This document shows positions 11,886-22,688 of a DNA stretch of 64,000 nucleotides, in pieces. The translations under genes were made by a program, and so were the position numbers. How positions within the stretch are numbered: position 1 is the first letter of the stretch; each line of letters opens with the position of its first letter. This DNA is from Mobula hypostoma. Lineage: Eukaryota. The stretch covers positions 112,718,001-112,782,000 of the forward strand of contig NC_086097.1 in NCBI RefSeq assembly GCF_963921235.1, written 5' to 3'. Under the pieces are notes generated by a model, which was not told the DNA's origin, ran no database searches, and saw nothing but the letters and a program-made list of their open reading frames with translations.

Positions 11886-13939
11886 CATTTTAAAACTATC
11901 TTAAAAGGTGAATTTCATTCATTCCAGACCCAATCCATGGCTTGTAAATCAATTTATTTATTGACAGATAACCACCACATGGACAGTTACGGATGAACCC
12001 AAAGTCTTCACATGGTTTACAAGTTTAATGTGAGGCTTCGTCATAGAGAAACCCTTCCCATTTGGGTGTCCCTTTCATTTCACTACAACTGAGCAGAATG
12101 ATCAGAATATCTCTGATTCTACGTGTGACAGTGCACTGTGACTTTCATTCATAGTTTATCTCCTGCTCAAGTCTTTGCCCTGTAATGAAATCAATAATTT
12201 CCAAAATCTGCCCATGAGATAGATTTAAAGGCTGATGGATGAATTCGTCCAGGGACCCCGATGCCACACTTTTCAAATCCTTTGCATTGTGTTTGGTTAT
12301 GCTCTTATGACAAGTACTTGCTTGGGCTAAGCTGCAGTACTGGAAAAAATTGCTATTATAGATATGCAAATTTTGGACAGCACCATGTCCCCTGGCTCCA
12401 AGATCCATCAAGTCTCGTCAATTAAATGGCATTCTTAGAAGTGACTGTAATTCAAGGAAGAGAGAGACCAGTTTTCATGACAATCTCTAATGCCCATTCA
12501 ATTAATGCAATTAAATTTGCCAGTGTACATATTTTAATCTCTGAAATTTGGTGTCTAAAAACAAATAATAAATCCATTTGATCAAAATTTATAAGGATTT
12601 TTAATGAAAACAAATTCTTGCAAAGAATGACTACATTTAGTTTATTAAGAGCTCAACTAGCCCAAGGTGTAACCATTGTGTCTATCAAGTATGATAAATT
12701 ATTGCATACTTATTCTGAGGCACAGAAAATTTTGGAAGGCAAAGAAGCTCTGCTTATGTTTCCCTTTTAGTTCTCACTAGATCAGGTGCCCAAAGGTACA
12801 ATATTCCTCAGTTCAGGCAGACTTTGGCAACTGGGTGAAAGAGTAGCTCGCATTATTGCAAACATGAGAAAATCTGCAGATGCTAGAAACCCAAAGCAAC
12901 ACACACAAAAGATTTGCTTGCATTACTGATTCTTTCTATGACCCCTGACAAATGATAAAGAATAGTTCCTGTGTGTGTGGCTTCCTGTTTCTTCATTCAA
13001 CTTGACTGGGCATGAGTCTCATTGAGTTGAGCCCTCTGAAGAAACGGAAGCCACCTAATTCTGCTGTGATAACATCTCCAGAGAACCCCATGGTTGTCAT
13101 TCTCTGGCATCTCCAATACATGATGTCCATTCTTCTCCTCCTGCTCTCCTTGCAGTCAGCCTTGCTCCTGGTTACTTGTGTGAGAGGAAGTATCTAACAA
13201 CTAAGAACAGAATCTTATCTGGACAATCTCAGAGTGTTCCTGATATGAAATGATCTGGACATTAGGAGATTCAAGGTGAAAGTGATTTTCATTTAATAAT
13301 GACATAGAAACAGGCTATTCAGCCTATAAATTCATGCCAGTTCCCAACAGAGCAATTCCACTAAACTCACATTTCCAGAAAGCACTGCAATTTATTTTCA
13401 AATCCTGTTTGTTCTTTTACCACTTGTCTCCACTGGGGGAAATTAATTCCCCTGCCCTCCAACCCCTCCCACTATTAATCTACCAACATGTCTTAGTGAT
13501 GTATAAAGAAACCATAACGTTTAAGGGAGACCTATGCAATTGCAGGAAGGAACTGTAAACTCCAACGGGCAGTAGCTGAGATCAGAATTGAACCCAGGTT
13601 ATTGGAACTGAGAGTGACAGCACTAACTGCTGCTCCACTGCATTGCCCAAGGGGTAGAACATGCCACCTATGACCATAAAAGTTTACAGATATCAGTCAG
13701 CTTTGATGTACATATCCTTGATCTCAGGAGACATTGCAGCACACACAGGTTGAGAGAGAAGCATCCGGTTCCTGTGTATCTGAGGTGGGAAAAGGATCTT
13801 TGTATATGTACCTTCTTGTTAGGGCTAGGCTGATATGCTGTTATGCTTCACCTGTAGCTCCAGAAACACACCATGAGGAAATGCTACAGATGCATCTATA
13901 GTACGAAGTTTTAGCTCAGCACTCCAAAGTTTCTGTGGT

Positions 13940-14612
13940 CTAAGAACATAAGAAACAAGAGCAGGAGTAGGCCATCTGGCCCGTCGAGCCTGCTCCGCCA
14001 TTCAATAAGTTCATGGCTGATTGACCATGGACTCATCTCCACCTACCTGCCTTTTCACCATAACCCTTAATTCCCCTACAATGCAGAAGTCCATCCAACC
14101 TTGTCTTAAATATATTTATTGAGGTAGCCTCCACTGCTTCATTAGGCAGAGAATTCCATAGAGTTACTACTCTCTGGGAAAAGCAGTTCCTCCTCATCTT
14201 CATTCCAAATCTACCTGCCCAAATCTTAAGGCTATGTCTCTTAGTTCTAGTCTCACCTACCAGTGGAAACAACTTTCCTGCCTCTATCTTACCTATCCCT
14301 TTCATAATTTCTTCTCATTCTTCTGAATTCCAATGAGTACAGTCTCAGGCAACTCAATCTCTCCTCATAGTCTAACCTCCTCATCTCTGGAATCAACCTC
14401 CTCTGCACCGCTCCAAAGCCAGCATATCCTTCTTCAAGTAAGGAGACCAGAACTGCACGCAGTAATCCAGGCGTGGCTTCACCAGTACAGTTGCAGCATA
14501 ACCCCTCCCCTCCCAATACCTCTAGCAATGAAGGCCAACATTCCATTTGCCTTCTTGATAGCTTGCTGCACCTGCAAACCAACCTTTTGTGCTTCATGCA
14601 CAAGCACTCCCA
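13940..14612 (-). mobile_element. 5'-truncated CR1 LINE 3' end
   Basis: ORFs 14033..14305 and 14479..14808 give KANGMLAFIARG and FSQRVVTLWNSLP. Tail aagaacataagaaac. Confidence 0.85.
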
Positions 14613-15149
14613 GTTTCCAGTGTAGCCTGCAGCAAACTCCAAGAATCCGAACAAAATTTGTCAGTAGGTTTTGAAATTGCACTGCCTTATAGGAAAACCT
14701 GATTGATTTGGAATAATGTGACCCAATTTCTCTTGACAATGCTCTAAACAAGCTCTGCAAAAAGATTGATATAAATCTCTTCACAGCTTCTGTGATAAAT
14801 GCCAGCATATTTTATCACAGTATATTTCAGCTCTGGTACAGTCATACTACAATTATCCATAATGGAAAAGACAGATTTTCAAACCTAAATGCCTGAGAGT
14901 GAATCCATCAGCAGCTGGTTTAAATGCCCAAATCATTTATAGAAGCAAAAATAAAGCAAGCTGCAGATAGACAAACATCAAAATGTTGGAAAAACTCAGC
15001 AGATCAGATGGCACCTGTAGAAAGAGAAACAAAGTCTAGCCAGGGACTTCAATATAGAACTTCAAACATTGTGTTCCTCTTTCCACAGATACTACCTGAT
15101 CAGCTATATGTTTCCAAAACCTTCTTTTTTTAAATTTTATATATATATA

Positions 15150-15222
15150 CAGTGTAAGTACAAAAGTCTTAGGCACAAAAATATATATGTATATACATAC
15201 CTAAGGCTTTTGCACAGTACTG
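15150..15222. mobile_element. 73-bp Tc1/mariner-type MITE
   Basis: Imperfect TIRs cagtgtaagtacaaaagtcttagg / cctaaggcttttgcacagtactg, with TA on both sides. Confidence 0.65.
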
Positions 15223-15861
15223 TAGAAGCAACTTTACTTTCAAATGATTGCAGTAATGAACATTTACAGTTATATTATGCCCACTGAGAAACTGGACCGT
15301 GTGGGTCTGCGGGAATGATATTTCCTGGCATTAGGTGGACCTCTACTGATGTCACAGATCATACACAACATGCTTCTTCTTTGTCAATAAAAATTGGGAA
15401 AAGTTTAGTGCAACCTATGGCCTTTGATAGAGATTCATAATATAAGAGGTAGCCGTGCTTTTCTCTTTTGTTGCAGTAATGTCTATTTAAAGATACACTC
15501 TGCTGACATCAGGGGATCTGAAATGCATCTTCATAACTGACTTCAAACTGTTTAAACACATTTAAGCTTTCACCAAATATCTGAAAACTATCTGTGAGTG
15601 TTTTTTTCTCTCCAGAATTTAATTGCTGAGATATCCATTCCATTGGTGCGTCAATGGTTTCAACATTGGTGGCACTCCATTATTAAACCACGCAGTGACT
15701 ACATCAATGTAACCAGCTGTCACAATGACTCCACTTATCATTGCACAACCAAGAGTTATTTCTCCTATATGTGATTGTATGGCATCAGATTTTGAGTGCC
15801 GAATCATTATTGTGTAAAAACAAACAATAACGAACTACCGAAATTATATTTCTCAGAAAAG

Positions 15862-16110
15862 CTACGCAGTTACTACCTTTAACAGACTTCGGACTGATGT
15901 AGGTCGTTCAAAGGTGTCACTAAGCAAATAGACCTGACAACTTGTGAATGTGGAAATGAGCCACAAACTATGCAACATCTCCTGCAATGCCCATCACTAG
16001 AGGAACCCTGTGCTGTTGCAGATCTTGCCGAATTCAACAACAAGGCTCAAATATGTGCCCAGTTCTGGCTGGGCCATGTACAGACTGTCCGTGGACACGA
16101 TAAGAAGAAG
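15862..16110 (+). mobile_element. Vingi/Ingi-type non-LTR retrotransposon 3' fragment
   Basis: Translates as FNRLRTDVGRSKVSL...CECGNEPQTMQHLLQCP (CCHC finger) and ends gacacgataagaagaag. Confidence 0.75.
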
Positions 16111-17741
16111 ACTATCTTTTGACCTTCTCTATTCTCTTTAGGTGATCATTCGTAATTGAGGATAATTTAAACTATACGTAAACAAATTCACAAGTGGCTA
16201 ATGAGCCCAATTTAGAGGAACCACAGATTAGGCAGCAGCCTCACTGCATTTTGCTTTGCAGTACTTGCAGTGGGGCTGCAGTTTGGCGCTGGGAAGCTGC
16301 TCCTTTTTGAGTATGTAAACATGTCCTTGACTATGCACAGGATAGACTCTGATTTAGACCTCAGCCCAAGGCCAAATAAAGGAGCAATCTGGAAGCGTGA
16401 GCTCTGAGACTCAGATGATTAATTGGTTGGAGGAATGTGCTGGGAGGTGACTTGGTGCCTCTATGAGGAGATACCTCAATGTCCTAAAATTGCATCCTAG
16501 GCTGTTTCCGATAAAACTGGGCAGAAAAATGGTCCACTGATCTGTTACAGAGCCAGAGCTGAGTGACTCATTGATTCATGTTGTAGATGCCTCCCTGCTA
16601 TTTTCATAGGTCTCCTTCCCATCATCTCTTCAGCCTGAGCAGAACCAGTGCTCATAATGAAGAGGATGTAAGGATGGGCAGGGAATACATAAATCTGTTG
16701 CTGAAGAAGAGATGAGCTGCCATGTGCCGTCTCTCTGTCTGGTGAGAAGGTGACCTGCTCGCTACTCAAACGGGAGAGCAATTTGCTGACATGTTCACCC
16801 AGAACAATGAGGTATCATGGGCGGAGACCAGAGCTCTATAGCGTCTGTCAGCTGAACAAGGAGGTGCTGTGTAATGGGGCTGCGGTCAAAGCTAGAGCAA
16901 AGTGTTTCCAAAGTGGAAGCCATGGTCTTCTGACTCCAATCAGCTTTCTACCAGGGTATGGACATGGTTTCCCACGTGCCCCTTTTCATCTCTTGCACTC
17001 GGTGAGTCAGGAGTGATGGTCTCTGAGGTTGATGAACCTCTGGATCAATGTCATTCCATATCCATCATACTCATGGTCCCTCAGGGCAGTTTGGGGGCCC
17101 AGACTCTGCTCACTGGGAAGTCCACTCACCAGCTTCCCTACAACCTATACTAGACTCCAGCTCCCTCATACCTGGTGCATCTCTCTCTGAACTGCCCCCC
17201 TCTTGGTGACTCTTTCACCCTTTGTGGTGCACCTTTCGGACATTTCTGACTTTCTGGGATGTCGGGTGCAATGATGCATTGAGTTCATTAGCATCATCAT
17301 TACTCTCTCCTGTGTGCCATCCTCTCCTCCAGCTGCATTCCTCCTATCCCAGGACACTAAGCGCAAACCAGAAAATAACTGCACTGATAACCTGCAGCCA
17401 CATCATCCTTGTGGCGATGCAGCAGCACAGACAATAATGAGCATTCACTGTTAATAGAGTCAAAGGGATATAGTGATTACAATAAACAACACACACAAAA
17501 TGCTGGAGGAAGTCAGCAGGCCAGGCAGCATCTATGGAATGGAGTAAACTGTCGACGTTTCGGGCTGAGACCCACTCGCCAGCCCGCCTGCTGCACTTTC
17601 AGATCAGGTATGTGCTGCTCAGTACTCCCCCTGCTCACAAGGTGCATGACTGTCTCCTCCATGTTCACGAAACTGCGAAATTGCAATGCGATCCCACTGT
17701 CAATGTTAAGTTTATTGTCATATGCACAAATATGTGTACGC

Positions 17742-17972
17742 ACAAGCCTCTCAAAGTCCAACTCTACGTCCCCGTCGTGTGAGGTGGAAACAGGTAAGAC
17801 AGACCAACAGGGCTCTGGTGAAGCTGTATAGGCCAATCCCCTGTACAGTGGATACAATGGATTACAGAAACATTGACAAACCCCAACCAGACCATCGACT
17901 TTGGATGATGGAGACAAGAGGTCATCGATGGCCTGTGCTCCACTGGGAGCTCAGGGCCCAAGAAGAAGAAGA
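17742..17972 (+). mobile_element. RTE-like LINE 3' fragment with (AAG)n tail inserted in a LINE tail
   Basis: VIDGLCS-like end (gtcatcgatggcctgtgctc), then aagaagaagaag. Degenerate flanking repeats caaatatgtgtacgcaca / caagtacatgtacaacca. Confidence 0.5.
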
Positions 17973-18106
17973 CAAGTACATGTACAACCAGATGCAATGA
18001 AAAACTTACGTGCAACAGCAACACACTCGTACATCCAGATGCATAACATTCAGAAGAAAAACAGATGAAACATAAATTATACAAGTTTATGCTGCTGCCG
18101 CTGTAA

Positions 18107-18320
18107 AGTGATGCATGGTAGCATAGGTGTTAGCGCAACGTTTACAGCGCCGCCTGAAAGATCGGGGTTTGGTTTCAGTTGCTGTCTGTAAGGAGTCTGT
18201 CCATTCTCCCCGTGACCATCTGGGTTTCCTCTGGGTACAAGTGTGGGTTTCTAGCACAATCCTCACTGATTTGATTTAGTATGTTCCAATGTACCTGTGA
18301 CAAATAAAGCTAATCTTTAC
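18107..18320 (+). mobile_element. V-SINE/HE1-like SINE
   Basis: tRNA-like head and V-core ctgtaaggagt...ttctccccgtgacc...gggtttcctc. Confidence 0.7.
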
Positions 18321-18329
18321 CTATCAAGA

Positions 18330-18688
18330 CTAAAGAACAAAGGGCAGAATTGCACCAACAGAACTAGAACCAAAATAAAGTTCACTGCAGTGCCAAGTGT
18401 TCAATATGATCATGATGCTGTTACACTGAGACAATGATTCGGGTTGGTAAAGATGTGAATGGATGCAGGGACTGGCTGTTCTTGAAACTGGTGGAGCGGG
18501 ACTTCTGTACTTCCTGACGGTAGCTGTGATAAGATGGCATGACCCTGATGGTTGAGCTCTTTGACAATAAATGTAACCTTCCCGAAGCTGCACTACACGC
18601 AGATACTTTCAATGGTGGGGAGGAATGTGCTGAAGGTATATTGGGCTGAGTTCACTAATCTCTGCAGCTTCATATGTTCCTGTGCATT
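18330..18688 (-). mobile_element. Rex1/Babar-type LINE 3' fragment, adjacent to the ERV 5' LTR
   Basis: Similar to 31740-32000 (ctgttcttgaaactggtg, ttcaatggtggggagg). Confidence 0.6.
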
Positions 18689-19104
18689 TGTAGCGTGAAA
18701 GGTTAACACTATGCACTGGTCGATGGCCCCTGCCACCATGTTAGTTATTGATTGGCCCATGTGAGGAAAGCTGCAGCTTTTCCGTTGGTTGCTTCTGATA
18801 CCATGGTGCCAGCTTCCAGCATCAAAGTACTGTTAGCGTATAAATCTAGCACATGTGGGGCTCTCGCTCTCTCAGGGCTCACCACAGACAGGGGGATCAC
18901 ATGACTGGTGCCATTGAAAGATTTGAAAGTGCGCTACAGATAAAGGGTCTGTGGGCACACTTAAATAGCTATCTGCATGACTTGAATGCTTTAGTGAATG
19001 ATTTTAGTATCTGTCTTTGACTTGTTAATAAACAGTTAAAACTTACCTATAATTGGTGTCCTCTGTCTCTTTACCGAATCTGCGAACCTAATTCCACGCA
19101 ACCA
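18689..19104 (+). mobile_element. 5' LTR of an endogenous retrovirus
   Basis: Starts TGTAGCGTG and ends CACGCAACCA (imperfect inverted termini). Contains TATAAA at ~18839 and AATAAA at ~19027. A PBS-like sequence follows 2 nt downstream. Confidence 0.75.
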
Positions 19105-19106
19105 TT

Positions 19107-19127
19107 GGCATATTCAGCAAGGATTCA
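19107..19127 (+). promoter_or_regulatory. Primer-binding site resembling the complement of tRNA-Ser
   Basis: TGGCATATTCAGCAAGGATTC compared with TGGCGTAGTCGGCAGGATTC: two CpG-type changes, one transversion and one extra A. Confidence 0.7.
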
Positions 19128-20235
19128 GTAATGGAATAAAAGATGAAAATGTTTAAAATGTTTAAAAGTAATAAAGAGAACCCATGTGTAAGGAATGCCG
19201 AGGCCTGGGGAGGACTGATAAACAATCCGGGATTCGGAAGTCTTGCCAACCTACTGGTGGGCTACGCCAAGCTGGTGGACTGGTCAGACAAGCTGGAAGC
19301 CCACAGGGTGAAAATGGGACACCATTTTGTGTCCATGCTGAATGAAGTAGGGATCCCATTTAAGAACAGGAGCCAGAAAGGACTTTTTTGGCCGCTGGTG
19401 GCCATCACGAAGTGACAGTGTGAGATAATTTCACAGAATGAGCAGGAAATTGAAAGCTTTAAAAACAAAGTGGATGAGTTGATTCAGTACTGTATCAACA
19501 TAGGGGAGGTTGCCTGCTTGGCCCAGACCCTGGCTAAAGAAACTGGAGGACAAGGGTACCAAGATAGCCTGTGGTTGTAAAAGTGTGGCAATTAGAGGCT
19601 GCCCAAAAGGCGAATTGGCAACCGGAACAACTTTAATGCTGTGGATAGGTGACCCTGACGCGTGGGGGGGGGGGATATCTGGTTCTGTAGCGAGGATGGG
19701 GAAGAAAGGTGAGATGAGAGTCCTGCAATTCCTCCTCGAAATGACCGCCCTCCCCTTTATGCAGCAGAACCAGTTGTCAGAATATGTTTTGAACTTTGCA
19801 TTTTTTGCAGCCATTTAATGTAACAAAATGGAGTAGACAATCCCCAAGTGCTAAGCTAATATGTTACAATGTATGTCCGTCACCACAAGAATGTGCTTAC
19901 TGAAGGAATAGGTGCCTCCCAGCACCCATTGTACTGAACACTCTGTAAAAATAAGGAAGTAGCAGAGATGAATCAACCACAGATGGCAGATTACAACAAA
20001 TGTATCAGAAGGACTGTACTTTCTGGAAATAGTAACCTTGTCTTGTTCCTATGCATGAAAAGAACACTTTGTAAACAGTGTGTTGGAGGTCTCCTACCAT
20101 CCCTGATGGAAGCAGAGGTGAACTCTCCGTTTGCAAATAATAAAGCCACTTAATAAACATCCGCTTAGTGTGGGTAACATACATCAAAGTTGCTGGTGAA
20201 TGCAGCAGGCCAAGCAGCATCTATAGGAAGAGGTG

Positions 20236-20272
20236 CAGTCGACGTTTCAGGCCGAGACCCTTCGTCAGGACT
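20236..20272 (-). ncRNA. Minimal type I hammerhead ribozyme motif (Penelope-type)
   Basis: Minus strand reads AGTC-CTGACGA-AGGGTCTCGGCCT-GAAA-CGTC-GACT: core boxes, stem I AGTC/GACT, stem II, and a GUC cleavage triplet. Confidence 0.7.
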
Positions 20273-20285
20273 AACTTCGTCCGTT

Positions 20286-20321
20286 AGTCCTGACGAAGGG
20301 TCTTGGCCTGAAACATCGACT
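20286..20321 (+). ncRNA. Second hammerhead motif, with GTC changed to ATC at the cleavage site
   Basis: AGTC-CTGACGA-AGGGTCTTGGCCT-GAAA-CATC-GACT. Confidence 0.55.
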
Positions 20322-21699
20322 GCACCTCTTCCTATAGATGCTGCTTGGCCTGCTGCGTTCACCAGCAACTTTGATGTATGTTGCTTGAATTTCCAGCATC
20401 TGCAGAATTCCTGTTGTTCGCTTAGTGTGGGTACTGTGTTTTTTGTGAGACCTAGTGGAGACATAGTCAACACAGCACCAGCTAAACCAGTGACCACTGG
20501 TGTGGGTTTTGGCCCATTGCTCCTCCCATGGGGCAGGGAGAGAAAGAGGAATGTGGGGTGGATAGCACAGCATTCTCCCTCCAAGACGACACTGCTTAGA
20601 GTTTTCTGCTAAGGAACTGGCAGAAATGAGGTATGGACATTGACAAAAGCTGGGGACGCCTCCAGTCATGTAACCATTGAGGATATGGGATGCAGGTGGG
20701 GGTGGGGGTGGGGTTGTTGGAGCAATTTTATCTGGGGGAAGGGTGCTGTCATCTCATCACATGATAAATAATGCACTGAGAGTTCTGCCTCACTTCCCAA
20801 GTGAATAATGTATCTTTATGGGATCTAGTGACAGAGTTGGTTAAGGAGAGGTACTCCTCCCTTCTCGAATGGGATTTAAAGTCCCAGGAGGAGTGGAGCA
20901 CACTAGAGAAAGGGACTTTGGTCAAACGGGGCTGTGCATGACCGTGGCGGTGACCCACCATTGGATAGTGAACTGGCGGGCTGCTTGGTTAAAACAACAC
21001 AGGTGCCTAATATTTGGTAATGGTTTAACCCTTAAGAGCAAGTTACTTTCCAAAATGGTTTAAAGTACAAATGGTTTGTATATTTCAAATGTTGTGGCTA
21101 CATGTCAATTTACTTGAGTGAGAGAGAGAGAGAGAGAGCGTTTCTGAGGGAGTGAGTGCAAAGGCTGCCATGAGTTTGCTCAATTAATATTGGAGGTTTG
21201 AATTAATCCTCTACTTCAGCGGAAAGGTGACCAATTGAAATATTTTGTTACTCTGTGAAGTAAATTTGCAGGAGCTCTTATCTTTTAAGAGGCTATGCCT
21301 TTAAGATGCTGTGTGAATGTGTTAATGCTTCAAAGGCCATCTTTTCTTTCCCCTTTGTTCTTTGGAAAATATGAAAATTAACTATTTATTCTAAATTTTG
21401 TAGTTACTTGTGAAGGTTCTGATTTTTGTTTGGTCTTATTTGTGTTTTTAGTTTTTTTGCTTTCTCGAGAATTGATTTTAGAGGGAGACACAATTCCACA
21501 TTGGAAATCTGTGCAACTCTATTCTGGACATGTGATGCTCACATGTCAGAGGAAAAGGATTGTTGGAAGATATTATCCAGCTTCTTCAGCTTTGGCGTTT
21601 TGTTTTGGGAGAAATGGGGTGTGGGTAGTCCATTCCAACCAACCTTGCCTCAGAGTTTTGCAAAAGCAATAAAAAACTTCAACCTTAGTAATCTCCAGC

Positions 21700-22199
21700 A
21701 GAACAAGTGATTAAAGGACTGGTACTTTCCTGGATATGGTTTATCTAATCCAAAGGTCCTGTCTCTGAGAGTGATTCCCCAACCAAAAAGGTAGGGAAAA
21801 GAATGTTGGTGTAGTCAATATAATGACCACAGATCTAATTAGTCAGAGAGATATGGCAACTGTGAGCAGGAACAGCATCCTGGGATAACTGTCTATGTGG
21901 AATGGGGCTGTGAAGGTGGGCACTTCCTGGACCCTGGATGGTTCTTATTGGATATGTGCCTCCTGGGCCTCCCCATCGCTACCCATGTGGTGATACAGCT
22001 ACTGCTATCCGGGATATGTTGTACCAAACATACATCATTGGGCACCCTGCCCATGATAGTCTGAGTAGTAAGAGGTATATAACAGAGGCAGAAAGGTTTT
22101 TGGATGAAAGCCTTCCTCACCCCCCTCCCCCGGTATACTCCAGCCAGGCTGTCCCGGGAAATGATAGATTATCTGCTTGCAGAAACCTGTGCTGTTATT
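21700..22199 (+). pseudogene. env: Retroviral env remnant (SU C-terminus, furin-like site, internally deleted TM)
   Basis: GSYWICASWASPSLPMW*YSYCYPGYVVPNI from 21940; SSKR|YITEAERF at 22064-22099; ARLSREMI-DYLLAE-TCAVI at 22143-22199 (remnant of the immunosuppressive domain and the first cysteine of the CX6CC motif). Confidence 0.7.
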
Positions 22200-22688
22200 A
22201 ACCATTACTTCATACAAGGCGAAACTCAACACCATGAATGGCTGTAATGCTTCAGCCCCAGATGAGCTCAGCAACTTTTATGCATGCTTTGAAAGGGAGA
22301 ACAATACGACACTGGTGTGAATCCCCGCAGCATCTGATGATCTTGTGAGCTCTGACTCGGAGGCCGATGCTAGAACATCTTTCAAGAGGATGAAACCTCA
22401 CAAGGCGTTAGATCTTGATGGAGTACCTGGTAGGGAACTGAAAACCTGTGTCAACCTTCATGTTCAATGATATCTTCAGTCTCTCATTGCTGTAGTCTGA
22501 ATTTCCCACCTGCTTCAAATGGGTGACAATCATATCAATGACCTAGAAGAGTAGGGTGAGCAGCCTCAATGAATATCATCCAGTTGCACTCACATCTACT
22601 GTGATGAGGTGCTTTAAGAGGGTGGTCATGGCCAAAATCAACTCCTGCCTAAGCAAGGATCTGGACCCGCTGCAATTTGTCTATCATG
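22200..22688 (+). mobile_element. Rex1/Babar-type LINE internal RT fragment
   Basis: [42 protein letters not shown]. Confidence 0.8.

Larger units (their letters stand above)
20177..20418. mobile_element. Palindromic Penelope-associated insertion with 15-bp TSD
   Basis: cgcttagtgtgggta occurs at 20162-20176 and 20419-20433. 100-bp inverted arms (20176-20275 and 20283-20382) are separated by a 7-nt spacer. Confidence 0.85.
19775..20472 (+). mobile_element. Solo LTR (~440 bp without its nested insert) inserted into gag
   Basis: TGT...ACA termini; 4-bp flanks cagt (19771-19774) and cagc (20473-20476); AATAAA at ~20139 and ~20152. Removing it restores the frame YAAEP-APAKPVTT. Confidence 0.65.
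19143..20975 (+). pseudogene. gag: Class III (ERV-L/ERV-S-like) gag remnant, interrupted at 19775-20472
   Basis: N-terminal LANLL...VDW...LFWPLVAI then a coiled coil; GDPDAWGGDIW across a G-run frameshift; RPPLY; EFSAKELAEMRYGH*QKLG...LRIWDAGG; SLWDLVTELVKERY...EEWSTLEKG. Confidence 0.75.

Noticed and set aside
12145..12411. 88-aa minus-strand ORF in unique sequence
   Set aside because: No recognisable domain or convincing splice sites.
16140..17450. GC-richer stretch with several short ORFs
   Set aside because: I could not assign any motif. It may be a very old TE remnant.
20165..20669. ORFs with the same peptide on both strands (LVNAAGQAASIGRGAVDVSG)
   Set aside because: Artefact of the non-coding palindromic repeat.
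20980..21700. Possible pol remnant or 3' LTR of the ERV
   Set aside because: No protease, RT or integrase motifs seen, and no second copy of 18689-19104 found in the window.
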